This document shows, in pieces, positions 35,080 to 44,027 of a DNA stretch of 64,000 nt. This DNA is from a virus. The notes under the pieces are model-generated. The model searched no databases and had not been told where the DNA came from. It saw only the letters and a program-made list of their open reading frames with translations. The position numbers and the translations under genes are program-made. How positions within the stretch are numbered: the first letter of the stretch is position 1; each line of letters starts with the position of its first letter. Location of the stretch: positions 1 to 64,000 of the IMG/VR virus record IMGVR_UViG_3300034101_001153; one strand, given 5' to 3'.

Positions 35080-35454
35080 CTATAGATATTTCTGTAAAGA
35101 AAAGGGAGTGGACTCCCATGTTTTATTAGTATTTTTAACTCTATTCACGATTGCTCTAGACCATGAAAATCCTGCATCGCCGCCCCAGGCTTCCCACATA
35201 ATCTTTCCATTAGATGGATATCCTGGCTCACCAGGGCTGAATCCCTTTCCCTTTTTATCTACCTCATGTCTAGAGAAATAAGAGTACATTCTCTTTACTG
35301 TGTCAAGGGATAGTGGCTCTTTATTGGCAAGTTGACGCGCTCTAGTCCAGCCGACTGGAGTTCCTGCTCCTGTAGCCTTACCTTCTTCTCTCCATTTGAT
35401 TGCGCGACGGCCTGCTGCCGCCATCGCATCTGTGGGTGTATATGTATCTGCCAT
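35080..35454 (-). CDS. small protein resembling a phage head-morphogenesis accessory domain
   Basis: GTPVGWTRARQLAN..LSLDTVKRMYSYFSRH...PSNG.I.WEAWGGDAG..W. Confidence 0.7.
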   Translation of the reverse strand: MADTYTPTDAMAAAGRRAIKWREEGKATGAGTPVGWTRARQLANKEPLSLDTVKRMYSYFSRHEVDKKGKGFSPGEPGYPSNGKIMWEAWGGDAGFSWSRAIVNRVKNTNKTWESTPFSLQKYL

Positions 35455-35458
35455 ATTG

Positions 35459-35992
35459 TTATTTTACCACCTTTGAGCAATAATCGTACATAATAATTCC
35501 AGATGCAGTTCCGACATTTAAGGACCTTACTGATCCATACTGTTTAATATAAACAATATCATCAGCCATAGAAAGGGCTTCATCAGATAGGCCCCTGCCC
35601 TCTTCTCCAAAGAGCATTAATGACTTTGCATCCCATGAGTAACTATTTAGTTCTCTTGCTCCATCGACATTATCAATGGCGACAATACGATACCCAATGC
35701 TACGATAATATTCAATGGTATCCACAATGGACTCGTTATAGTCCAAATGCTCATAGTTATGAGTGCCGACCGTGCCTCGCCTATCATATTTTTTAATTCC
35801 ACAGCGAATCACCTTCTTTCCAAGAAATGCATTATTGTTTCTTACAACTGTAGAAAAATTAAAATCACCATTAAGTCTTTCTACTACTACGACAAAATCG
35901 TTTCTTTTAGAATCTAGGTCGGCAATGATTGCCTCGTTCTCCCAGTACTTATAAAAATCTGATACGTTCCTAGTGTCAATCATAGTTTTCAT
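35459..35992 (-). CDS. SpoU/TrmH-family RNA 2'-O-methyltransferase
   Basis: N..TVVRN..AF, FGEEGRGL, I.QYGSVRSLNVGTASGI. Confidence 0.88.
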   Translation of the reverse strand: MKTMIDTRNVSDFYKYWENEAIIADLDSKRNDFVVVVERLNGDFNFSTVVRNNNAFLGKKVIRCGIKKYDRRGTVGTHNYEHLDYNESIVDTIEYYRSIGYRIVAIDNVDGARELNSYSWDAKSLMLFGEEGRGLSDEALSMADDIVYIKQYGSVRSLNVGTASGIIMYDYCSKVVK

Positions 35993-36320
35993 AAATTCCG
36001 CCTGTAGTATATAGTAGGTACATCATTGATTTTTCATCTTCAGTTAACTCTTCAGAAGAATACCATTCTGATGACTTGTCTGTCAAATAATAGACGGCCT
36101 CTCCTTCTTTATTCATTTTCAAATCAATAAAGTTTTTAAACCACAGTGATGACATAAGATCAGATTCAATTATTTTTATGTTTTTAATTAGTTCTTGCTG
36201 TTCTTCATAGAATTTTTGGGTGAATTTATATACTGGCTCACCTAAAGCATTCTCTCCCATGTAAGCAATATAGTTTTTTTCTATCATCCAGTCAATTATG
36301 TGGTCTGGAAAGTCCATCAA
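35976..36320 (-). CDS. hypothetical protein
   Basis: ORF track; coupled. Confidence 0.7.
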   Translation of the reverse strand: MMDFPDHIIDWMIEKNYIAYMGENALGEPVYKFTQKFYEEQQELIKNIKIIESDLMSSLWFKNFIDLKMNKEGEAVYYLTDKSSEWYSSEELTEDEKSMMYLLYTTGGIYENYD

Positions 36321-36817
36321 ACTATCCTTCTAACAAATCCTAGTATGCAGGCATAACAATGATAAACTCTGTGATCGCATTCTGTACTTTTTCTTTTGGC
36401 CCAGCCAGGAAAATCTAAAGGTTGCGGCCCAGAACTACACATGTTACATGTTTGATTTGGCAACAGGTTTCTTCCAGAAAGACATGTATTACACACTCTT
36501 GGCCTATTGCTTTTTTTAATTCTTTTTTGTTTAGAGGAGGATGTTCTTTTTTCTCTTTCTGGGATAGTTCCATCTTTTAGGGGAACCCTATCCCCCTTCC
36601 ATAAATTACATGATTTGTGTGCCAGCCTTAAATTATTAACATTCCAAGATCCACCTTTAGATAAAGGAATCCAGTGATCTATTGTTCTTTTTTCTTTTTT
36701 CCCAAAAGGATTTTTACAAATAAAACAAAGATCGCCATCTCTTTTTATAAGAATATCAATAACTTCTTGCTTCCCCTGCCAAGTTATTTCAATCATTAAA
36801 CCATTCCTATATGCCAA
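36317..36817 (-). CDS. HNH endonuclease adjacent to terminase
   Basis: RDG..CFIC, TIDHWIPLSKGG...NLRLAHKSCN..K. Confidence 0.88.
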   Translation of the reverse strand: MAYRNGLMIEITWQGKQEVIDILIKRDGDLCFICKNPFGKKEKRTIDHWIPLSKGGSWNVNNLRLAHKSCNLWKGDRVPLKDGTIPEREKRTSSSKQKRIKKSNRPRVCNTCLSGRNLLPNQTCNMCSSGPQPLDFPGWAKRKSTECDHRVYHCYACILGFVRRIV

Positions 36818-38580
36818 TCATTATTAGGATCATTCATTGGAGGTACTCTTATTATATTGTTCGGATTGGCAGCAGATGCAGCAGCAAGTCTATTATCTCT
36901 TATTAATTGCTTATATGTATGCACCTCAATTTCAACATCGTCAGATTCTTTTCTTGTTCCTGTAATTGAATTATAGATAGCGCCACATACTGCATCAGAC
37001 AAGTCCTTAGATCCCTTTCTTGGGTGATCTACTTTGTCACGAATAATTCTTAGTTGTAATAGTTCGTCAACTAGAAGAGGTATTCTTGGGCCAACAATTC
37101 TTTCTTCTCCTACCAACATAGCCATATCATCATAGTGCTTCTTAGCAACTGATAATGTTTCTGTTTGCATACCAATCATTCTAAGTTCTGATTGAATATC
37201 ATGCGACTGCCAGCGGTCAAATGTGGTCTTTTTAATATTAAATCCGCGAGACCTAAGATCTACAATAAACTGCTTAACTTCTGAAAAGTCTACTGACTTA
37301 TCTGATGTTGGAGTCCACCATCTTACACAATCAACAACCACCACTGGGCTTACTACATTATGGTCTAAGAAGGACTTAATGTTTACCCATCTATCAACGT
37401 GAGCCAAGGCGACCGCACAGTGATCATGCTTTTGTGCAAGGTCAACATGGACGAAATATTCTTTTTCTTCTACTGGTGTAAAGAAATCATAGAATCTTCC
37501 AAACTCATCCACCCCATTGTACGGCTGATTAAAGCATGTTTCAATCTTATCTCTTGATTTGAAAAATGCATCTATTGAGTCTGGAGGCATACATGCAAAA
37601 CGTGACAAGGCATCTATTGAATTGGTAAAGAATGCTCTCTTAAAGTCATCAATGCTTCTTGTTGGATTTATTTCCCAGGTGGGTCTTTTTAGTGCGAACA
37701 CTCTTGGAAATCTATATGCATTTATGTTGTCTTCTTCCCAGTCAATTTCAAACTTGTTTTCTTCTATTACATCATCAAGTTCGTCATCGATTTTAAATGT
37801 ATGATTTCTTACAATGACTTCTTTGTCAGCAATTACGGAGTCATACCGCTGTTGAATAAAGTCGCCCTTGAATCTTGGGAACGACAAAAGAATTACTTTC
37901 CCATAGTCTGGAAATCGTGAGTCTACTGATGCTCTATACATATCATAGATGGCTTGTGCTGTTTTAGACTGGTCACTGCCACTAGTTGACTCCATGCTGA
38001 AGCCAGAAATCTCATCTAGAATGACACAAATAACATTGTATCCTTCCCATGACTCTCTTTCAGAGTGTCCAGAATGACATGTTATAGATTTATCAAAAGA
38101 TACAGCCTGTTGGGTAACAGTATACTTTCCAACAAACCACGGGGATTCCTCAATTCTTTTTCTGAATCCTTTGAAGAATACATTTTTAGCCTGGTCAGCG
38201 TTAATAGCAATATTAATAATATCAATGGCATCGCCAGGGGGTTTACCATAATATTTCGCTGGATCTTTGAGGCAAAGTAGCAAATAAACAAGGTATGCAA
38301 CAGCAACCGTAGACATATAATCCTTACCGCTTCCTTTTCCAAGTTGCAGGATTACTTCATTGCAGGTTTGCTTATATCTTTTTAAACCTTCTTCTTCACC
38401 ATATATTCTTATTAGAGTTTCTTTTTTATATATCTGAGTCATTGATTTGATACATTGATACTGGTATTCAGAAAGTGGAGGAAGTCTTAAGTATTGTTCA
38501 CTAGTTGCGAACTCTTCAATAGTTACAGGGATCTCATCAAACTCGTCACCATCAAGTGCCTGTAAAAAATCCTCAAACAT
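36796..38580 (-). CDS. terL: terminase large subunit
   Basis: Walker A GKGSGKD, Walker B VILDE, RNase H-like HVDLA...DLSDA, KVDHP. Confidence 0.9.
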   Translation of the reverse strand: MFEDFLQALDGDEFDEIPVTIEEFATSEQYLRLPPLSEYQYQCIKSMTQIYKKETLIRIYGEEEGLKRYKQTCNEVILQLGKGSGKDYMSTVAVAYLVYLLLCLKDPAKYYGKPPGDAIDIINIAINADQAKNVFFKGFRKRIEESPWFVGKYTVTQQAVSFDKSITCHSGHSERESWEGYNVICVILDEISGFSMESTSGSDQSKTAQAIYDMYRASVDSRFPDYGKVILLSFPRFKGDFIQQRYDSVIADKEVIVRNHTFKIDDELDDVIEENKFEIDWEEDNINAYRFPRVFALKRPTWEINPTRSIDDFKRAFFTNSIDALSRFACMPPDSIDAFFKSRDKIETCFNQPYNGVDEFGRFYDFFTPVEEKEYFVHVDLAQKHDHCAVALAHVDRWVNIKSFLDHNVVSPVVVVDCVRWWTPTSDKSVDFSEVKQFIVDLRSRGFNIKKTTFDRWQSHDIQSELRMIGMQTETLSVAKKHYDDMAMLVGEERIVGPRIPLLVDELLQLRIIRDKVDHPRKGSKDLSDAVCGAIYNSITGTRKESDDVEIEVHTYKQLIRDNRLAAASAANPNNIIRVPPMNDPNNDWHIGMV

Positions 38581-39095
38581 CAGTATCCTTCTGCTCTTCC
38601 AGTAACCTGAGACAGCCTTTGGGACACCTCTTTACGACACTTATCACAGTCTGCAATTACTTCTTTTAGAATGCCGACAAGTACTTCTTGTTTCTTTTCA
38701 GTCTCTATAATTTGGTCAGCAATCTCATTATTTTCAATGAGCCCAGCCTTTTGTAGCATATCTATTTGCTTTTGCTGAACGTCTGATATAAGTTTTAGGG
38801 CGGCTGTTTTTTGTGGCAATAGCCCTTGCTGGTCTGCCTGACTAACTACTGACCATGCTTCTTCTATTAGCATAGAATAATGTTGATCGGCACCAGCGAG
38901 TGCTTCTCTTGCTCTATTTTGAATAGTCTGATCACTATGAATGACACTGCGCCATTCATTAAGATACTCTTGAACCTCTGTTCTTTTAAATCCAGTCTGC
39001 TTGGCAATAATACTAGGGTTAGTAGTTCCCTTGAGAAATACCTCAACAACCTTATTAATTCGCTCCCAGCGGTCAGCAAGTTCTAGTTCAGACAA
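38580..39095 (-). CDS. HTH protein, probable terminase small subunit
   Basis: N-terminal HTH-like segment, helical body, directly upstream of terL. Confidence 0.55.
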   Translation of the reverse strand: MSELELADRWERINKVVEVFLKGTTNPSIIAKQTGFKRTEVQEYLNEWRSVIHSDQTIQNRAREALAGADQHYSMLIEEAWSVVSQADQQGLLPQKTAALKLISDVQQKQIDMLQKAGLIENNEIADQIIETEKKQEVLVGILKEVIADCDKCRKEVSQRLSQVTGRAEGY

Positions 39096-39384
39096 CTTCC
39101 TTCTTCTTCCCTGTTCTCTTAGGCTTTACTATACCCTTTAATTCCTCTACATAAAATGATCTAAATGGTCCTACAGGCATCTGAAGGCAGTCAATCCACG
39201 ATACATTTTTCTCATAGTTAATAACAAGACTAATGAACTTAAAGGTTCCTCTTCTGTTCTTGAATCTAATAATGCTTCCAGGAACAATTTCATCTTTACC
39301 GTGCTTTAGTTCTTTGAATACCTTAATGTTATTATTGTACGGGAAAGGGACGCTTTCAGTTTTTCTTTTTTTCCTAGTAGTCAT
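39088..39384 (-). CDS. hypothetical protein
   Basis: RGTFKF...WIDC...FRSFY pattern. Confidence 0.7.
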   Translation of the reverse strand: MTTRKKRKTESVPFPYNNNIKVFKELKHGKDEIVPGSIIRFKNRRGTFKFISLVINYEKNVSWIDCLQMPVGPFRSFYVEELKGIVKPKRTGKKKEVV

Positions 39385-39407
39385 AATTTATCACCTCTAT
39401 TATATCA

Positions 39408-39590
39408 TTATAGAGAATGGCCTCCGTTGCGAGTGGGCGACCAAACTAATCCTGGCCTGTCAATATTTCTAATAAGCCTTATGCCACAATCTGGGCAAAT
39501 GGCATTATCTCTTTGCTCTATATTTAATATAAACTCATACGACTTGTCACATTCTAGACATGTAAATGTATATAAAGGCATTACTTCCAT
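39408..39590 (-). CDS. FmdB-family zinc-ribbon protein
   Basis: MPLYTFTCLEC...CPDCG. Confidence 0.75.
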   Translation of the reverse strand: MEVMPLYTFTCLECDKSYEFILNIEQRDNAICPDCGIRLIRNIDRPGLVWSPTRNGGHSL

Positions 39591-39925
39591 GTCTCCTTTA
39601 TTGCAATACTCAATAGTACCAGATAGCCCATAAGATCGTCAAGATCATTTTCTTTAAAAGTATCGTCACCGTTACTAAATCTAGATAATTTATCGTCAAT
39701 TCGTACCTTGAGTTGCTCAGTGGTGTCTGAGTGAGAAAAAATTCTCACTGGGTTCAACGCTGAGTTTCCATATGATCTATTCTTATCAATTAAAAGGTCT
39801 GAAATTCTATTGCATTCTGACTGAATGGCTGCCTCAACTTTGTTTCTTGGAATAGTGCCAAGGCTTGACCTAACATTATCCATAATTTCTTTGGTATACA
39901 TTGACTGTACATCTTTTTCAATCAC
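39581..39925 (-). CDS. nucleotide-modification-associated domain 1 (DUF1599-like) protein
   Basis: KNRSYGNS, RIDDKLSR, DLMGYLVL. Confidence 0.75.
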   Translation of the reverse strand: MIEKDVQSMYTKEIMDNVRSSLGTIPRNKVEAAIQSECNRISDLLIDKNRSYGNSALNPVRIFSHSDTTEQLKVRIDDKLSRFSNGDDTFKENDLDDLMGYLVLLSIAIKETWK

Positions 39926-40086
39926 TTAGACCAACTCCTTTGATTTCTAATAAGTCCATATTGTACTAAATATCTATAAATAGTTTGATGGCTGGTGTTA
40001 CATTCTTTTGCAATATCCTGTATTGTTTTTTTATCAACTACATAGCGCTTGGTTAGCCAAGATTTACTTTGATATAGTTTAGCCAT
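39922..40086 (-). CDS. small HTH protein (54 aa)
   Basis: KLYQSKSWL..RY..DKKTIQDIAKEC..SHQTIYRYL. Confidence 0.7.
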   Translation of the reverse strand: MAKLYQSKSWLTKRYVVDKKTIQDIAKECNTSHQTIYRYLVQYGLIRNQRSWSK

Positions 40087-40651
40087 TGTTCACCAACTTA
40101 TGGTATGCATAGTAGGCAATTCCCATTGCATCACCAGCATCGTGATCTTCAACGTTTATGTTATATTTATTGTTAAAGTAGTCCATAGTTTTTTGCTTAC
40201 GCATTTCTCTAGCCTTATTACGATACCATGAATCTGACTTGCCTGGAAAGTCTTTTCTCAAATTATCTTTTTCTACTTTAGTAAAGTTTTTATTTCCAAT
40301 AAATGGCTGCCATGCACTTGGAGGAACAGTGACAATCATATCTTTTCTCCAAGCCAACGCGGACACAACGGAGCCAACAATCATTGCCATCTTAATTGCA
40401 ACATCTTGAGATTTAACCATAATTGCAGACTCAATGCATATGTAGTCTACAGATAGCAAATCTTTATTCGCCGCGACCTTTTGATGCGCGTCAATTATTT
40501 TGTCATGAATAGTAGCACCATAAAAGTTTATCTTTCCCCACTTTATTGGCTTTTCGTCAAAGATGCAGAAAGCCAGAGAAGTAGTAGATGAATCTATGCC
40601 TAATATTCTATTTGCTCTTGGCTTTGCTAATTTTGCTATTGATGACACCAA
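40079..40651 (-). CDS. RuvC-like Holliday junction resolvase
   Basis: ILGIDSST, CIE, DAGDAMGIA. Confidence 0.8.
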   Translation of the reverse strand: MVSSIAKLAKPRANRILGIDSSTTSLAFCIFDEKPIKWGKINFYGATIHDKIIDAHQKVAANKDLLSVDYICIESAIMVKSQDVAIKMAMIVGSVVSALAWRKDMIVTVPPSAWQPFIGNKNFTKVEKDNLRKDFPGKSDSWYRNKAREMRKQKTMDYFNNKYNINVEDHDAGDAMGIAYYAYHKLVNNG

Positions 40652-40934
40652 GCATCTCCTTAATCTTTATACTATTATGATCCTTAGTAGAAATTTCACA
40701 GGCACCACATATATTATTAGAATTATATCTGCTTAATTCTTTTGAACAGTTCTGGCATATTCTTATGATTCCAGCGAGCCGTGCTTTATTTTCATAATAT
40801 CTTTGCATAATTCTTTTATTAGTGGCTCCACGACAACAAATGTTGTCGCAGTATTTTTGATTCTTTTTTCTACTTTGAAAATGATTGCCACAAAAACCAC
40901 ATATTTTAAAACTATCGTCAGTCATCCACGCCAA
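40608..40934 (-). CDS. Cys-rich hypothetical protein
   Basis: CxxC...KYC...C; C..C..LSRYN...C..C. Confidence 0.7.
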   Translation of the reverse strand: MAWMTDDSFKICGFCGNHFQSRKKNQKYCDNICCRGATNKRIMQRYYENKARLAGIIRICQNCSKELSRYNSNNICGACEISTKDHNSIKIKEMLGVINSKISKAKSK

Positions 40935-41700
40935 CTTTAAGATTATCTATTTTTAGTGTTCCCTTAGGATCTAAAGAATTACATTTTTCTAAAACTGGAC
41001 ACCCTTTACATTGCCAAGTTGATTTGGTATATCCACGCTTAGGAAGTTCTCTAGACTTCCATGTTTCATATACATTAGTCATCCAGTCAAATACGTACCT
41101 TATATAGTTTTTATTTTTTTCAGACATTACTACTGGAATTGCCAACAACTCATTGTCATTTTTATTTTCGTAAAGAAGGAATCCTTCATCGACTCCTTCT
41201 ACTTCCATATAAATTAAAACCTGTAGCAAGTGGCTATTTGACGGCTGCATTTCTTGTTTTCTAGCAATGAAGTACTGATCTTTAATTGTTTTAATTTCAC
41301 CAACAATTTCTTTTCCATCAACTTCCAGGATTATGTCGGCAAATCCACGAATTGGTGGCTTCAGGGATATTATCTCCCTTTCTTTTTCTTTCAACAGTCC
41401 AGCCTTTTCCATTGCAGCCTGAATTCTAGTATGCGAGTCAGTACCATTATCCATAGATGCAATATTCATAGCAGGAGTATCCTGTGTAAACTCTGTTCCA
41501 TCGAATGCTATGATCCAGTACCTAGCACAAGTTCCATGCCCATAACCAAGAGTGCTGGGAGCAAAAGAGTTTTTCTTTTTATATTCCGTAGTGGGTCGCT
41601 GATCTTGATAGGAACTATAAATTAGTTTAACTAATTTTTTAGGATCGACAGCGGTATCCTTTGGTCTATTTCTTATTGATGATATTAAATTCTTTGCCAT
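40918..41700 (-). CDS. Cas4-like / PD-(D/E)XK exonuclease
   Basis: GT.SH, GFAD, GEIKT, Q..IY, C..CP...C. Confidence 0.8.
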   Translation of the reverse strand: MAKNLISSIRNRPKDTAVDPKKLVKLIYSSYQDQRPTTEYKKKNSFAPSTLGYGHGTCARYWIIAFDGTEFTQDTPAMNIASMDNGTDSHTRIQAAMEKAGLLKEKEREIISLKPPIRGFADIILEVDGKEIVGEIKTIKDQYFIARKQEMQPSNSHLLQVLIYMEVEGVDEGFLLYENKNDNELLAIPVVMSEKNKNYIRYVFDWMTNVYETWKSRELPKRGYTKSTWQCKGCPVLEKCNSLDPKGTLKIDNLKVGVDD

Positions 41701-42035
41701 TAGTATCCTAAATTCATTCTCGCTACGTACTTTAGTGAATCGACAAGTTTGTCAATTGAGTCTTTAAGGGTGTAGTACAGATTCTTTTTAATATTGTTAG
41801 CAGAACCTGATGGACCCTTTGCTAAAGTAGAATAGTATGTTGCAAGTATACCAAACTTTGCTGATAGTGCCTGCAACTTGGCAATTAAAACTACCGCCTG
41901 TGTTGATGGAATGTCTGGCTTACTGAATATCTTTACAACTAATGCAAGCGCCTCGTCAACTTCACTATCACTTAAGAAATCATGAATTTCAGTAAACTCT
42001 GATATTTCATTTATCAGATCAATCGTGTTTTCCAT
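41700..42035 (-). CDS. hypothetical helical protein in recombination operon
   Basis: ORF track; coupled. Confidence 0.7.
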   Translation of the reverse strand: MENTIDLINEISEFTEIHDFLSDSEVDEALALVVKIFSKPDIPSTQAVVLIAKLQALSAKFGILATYYSTLAKGPSGSANNIKKNLYYTLKDSIDKLVDSLKYVARMNLGY

Positions 42036-42312
42036 TTTCCACCAACTCCTCTAATTTAGACCATTCAATTACCGCAAGTCTTGTTTTCCCATCTAAAACT
42101 AATAATAATGCTGGATCTTTACTTCTATCTGTTCTTAATGTATCTGTTACTATTTTTGCCCAGGCATCCTGGCTTATAGAATATGACTTTGAATATTCTT
42201 TAATATCAACAATGAAATTCTCCCAGGTAGCATCTGATTTGGCGTACTGCCCCCTACCTGAATTTTTATGAGCCTTTCCACCGATTCTTTTAATTTCTGA
42301 TCTTTCGCTCAT
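42019..42312 (-). CDS. PD-(D/E)XK nuclease, Holliday-junction-resolvase-like
   Basis: NSGRG..KSD...VDIKE. Confidence 0.65.
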   Translation of the reverse strand: MSERSEIKRIGGKAHKNSGRGQYAKSDATWENFIVDIKEYSKSYSISQDAWAKIVTDTLRTDRSKDPALLLVLDGKTRLAVIEWSKLEELVENGKHD

Positions 42313-42506
42313 ATTGATGCCTTACCAGGATGACCATTTGAACACACCCAAGTTATAAGCCTTTGTCTTTCATTAAACTTTGCTTCATATGAAGTTTCAT
42401 AGCATCCGTTTTCTGGACAGCCATAACTTCCTTCTATATCAATCAATTCACTATCATGATTTTTAGATTCACTATCTGTTGAGATAAAACTTTTTGGATC
42501 TATCAT
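42309..42506 (-). CDS. small hypothetical protein
   Basis: ORF track; C...C...WVC..GH. Confidence 0.65.
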   Translation of the reverse strand: MIDPKSFISTDSESKNHDSELIDIEGSYGCPENGCYETSYEAKFNERQRLITWVCSNGHPGKASI

Positions 42507-43510
42507 ATCTTTTCATACACCAACTTAGTTAATTCATCTTTCATGTCAAGATCTTCTCTTGCTCTCGCAACAACATTGGCACGACCTTGAATTCTATCTC
42601 CAAGAACTGTGTACCATGCTCCACCACGCTCAATAATTCCAAGCATTTCTGCTGTGTCAATTAAATCTGCTGTAGTGTCAACACCTACATGATCGCCCTG
42701 AAAATAGAAGTCATATGATCCAGTAATAAATTGAGGGCCAGTTTTATTATAGTCAATAGTCCAGTTTACTGGTCTTCCAATTTTTTGTTCTATTAGTTTG
42801 TCCCCTACAGATATTTTCCCCTTAATGGACTGGGCCTCCGCCTCGCTTGACCATAGTTTAATGATGGTGCTACTAAAAAACTTAACTGCCATGCCACCCG
42901 TGGGAATATGGCTTGCGTGCATAGTTCCGAATTGATTACGTTGCTGAGAGATAAGAATAAGAAGAGTTTTGTCATTGACATAGTTAAGCATTTTTACTGC
43001 ATGTGTCATATCTTTTGCTTCTGCACCAATTTGTTTTGTATCTTGCAGTTGTTTAAGATCGTCAGAATCTTTTTCAAAATAAATGGCTGGAAGAAGAGCA
43101 GAGATAGAATCTACTACTAGCACATCTACACCAGACTTAATAAGTTGTGTACCAATATCGACCATATCATTTATTGTTTTTGCTGGAGCATAAATAAGTT
43201 TTTCTGAATCTACTCCTAATGTTTCTGCCCATTCTGGAGAATAAGATTGTTCTGCATCAATCCAGGCACATAGTTTTCCATCTTTTTGAGCCTCTGCAAT
43301 AATTTGTAGGCAAAAGGATGATTTTCCAGCACTCTTATTACCCCATATTAAAACTTGACGACCATATGCTAGTCCACCTTTAAGTGCTACGTTCAGCGAT
43401 AGGCTTGGTGTTTTTAATTTTTGTATTTCTACTTCTGATGCTGCGCCCACCAGTTTTCTTATTTTCGGATCTAGTTTTGCTAGTACTTCTTCTATCATTA
43501 TCTCTGTCAT
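42503..43510 (-). CDS. recA: RecA/UvsX-like recombinase
   Basis: GNKSAGKS, WIDAE, VVDSISAL, PTGGMAVKF, GAWY. Confidence 0.92.
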   Translation of the reverse strand: MTEIMIEEVLAKLDPKIRKLVGAASEVEIQKLKTPSLSLNVALKGGLAYGRQVLIWGNKSAGKSSFCLQIIAEAQKDGKLCAWIDAEQSYSPEWAETLGVDSEKLIYAPAKTINDMVDIGTQLIKSGVDVLVVDSISALLPAIYFEKDSDDLKQLQDTKQIGAEAKDMTHAVKMLNYVNDKTLLILISQQRNQFGTMHASHIPTGGMAVKFFSSTIIKLWSSEAEAQSIKGKISVGDKLIEQKIGRPVNWTIDYNKTGPQFITGSYDFYFQGDHVGVDTTADLIDTAEMLGIIERGGAWYTVLGDRIQGRANVVARAREDLDMKDELTKLVYEKI

Positions 43511-43670
43511 AAAAATGATTCTCCAATATCTCTGCTAAATTCTTAATGTCTTGCTCGCGTGATTTTTTAAGTTTTGAAATAATAGACAGCATAAGGTTTT
43601 CATCATACCCACGGATAACCATCATCATTTCGTCATCTGAGCCGTATAAGAAATATCCTTTTGTTGTCAT
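43380..43670 (-). CDS. hypothetical protein (3' end overlaps recA)
   Basis: ORF track. Confidence 0.55.
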   Translation of the reverse strand: MTTKGYFLYGSDDEMMMVIRGYDENLMLSIISKLKKSREQDIKNLAEILENHFYDRDNDRRSTSKTRSENKKTGGRSIRSRNTKIKNTKPIAERST

Positions 43671-43676
43671 AGTATA

Positions 43677-44027
43677 TCATCCACGAACGCCGTGTAGCCG
43701 TGGCCTGCTCTTATTAACCCCAGCCTTTCGTTTTACAGCCTTATGAAGCGAATCATATACTTCGCCTGAGAGCCTTAAACCTTGGTATAAATCAAGGACA
43801 CGAATGATAATATCGGCTAATTCTTCTACTACAGCGTCCTGTCCCTTAGACTTTCTTAACGCTTCAAGAACTTCAGTTGCCTCTGAATGAATCATTGCGA
43901 GTTGTTTGGCGTAGAAAATAAAATGATCTTCCTTGTCCATACGCAGACGGGCATCCCAAAATCCTTTTTCTACTGCTGTCTTGTGCAACTCTGATGCTAA
44001 ACTATCTAAATTCACGAATTTCTCCAC
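43677..44027 (-). CDS. MazG-like nucleotide pyrophosphohydrolase
   Basis: IHSEATEVLEA, EELADIIIRVLD, N..RP..HG. Confidence 0.8.
   Translation of the reverse strand: MEKFVNLDSLASELHKTAVEKGFWDARLRMDKEDHFIFYAKQLAMIHSEATEVLEALRKSKGQDAVVEELADIIIRVLDLYQGLRLSGEVYDSLHKAVKRKAGVNKSRPRLHGVRG

Noticed and set aside
40918-41700. Cas4-like nuclease as a sign of CRISPR-Cas
   Set aside because: No repeat-spacer array or other cas genes; it sits in a RecA/RuvC recombination operon, as is usual for phage exonucleases.
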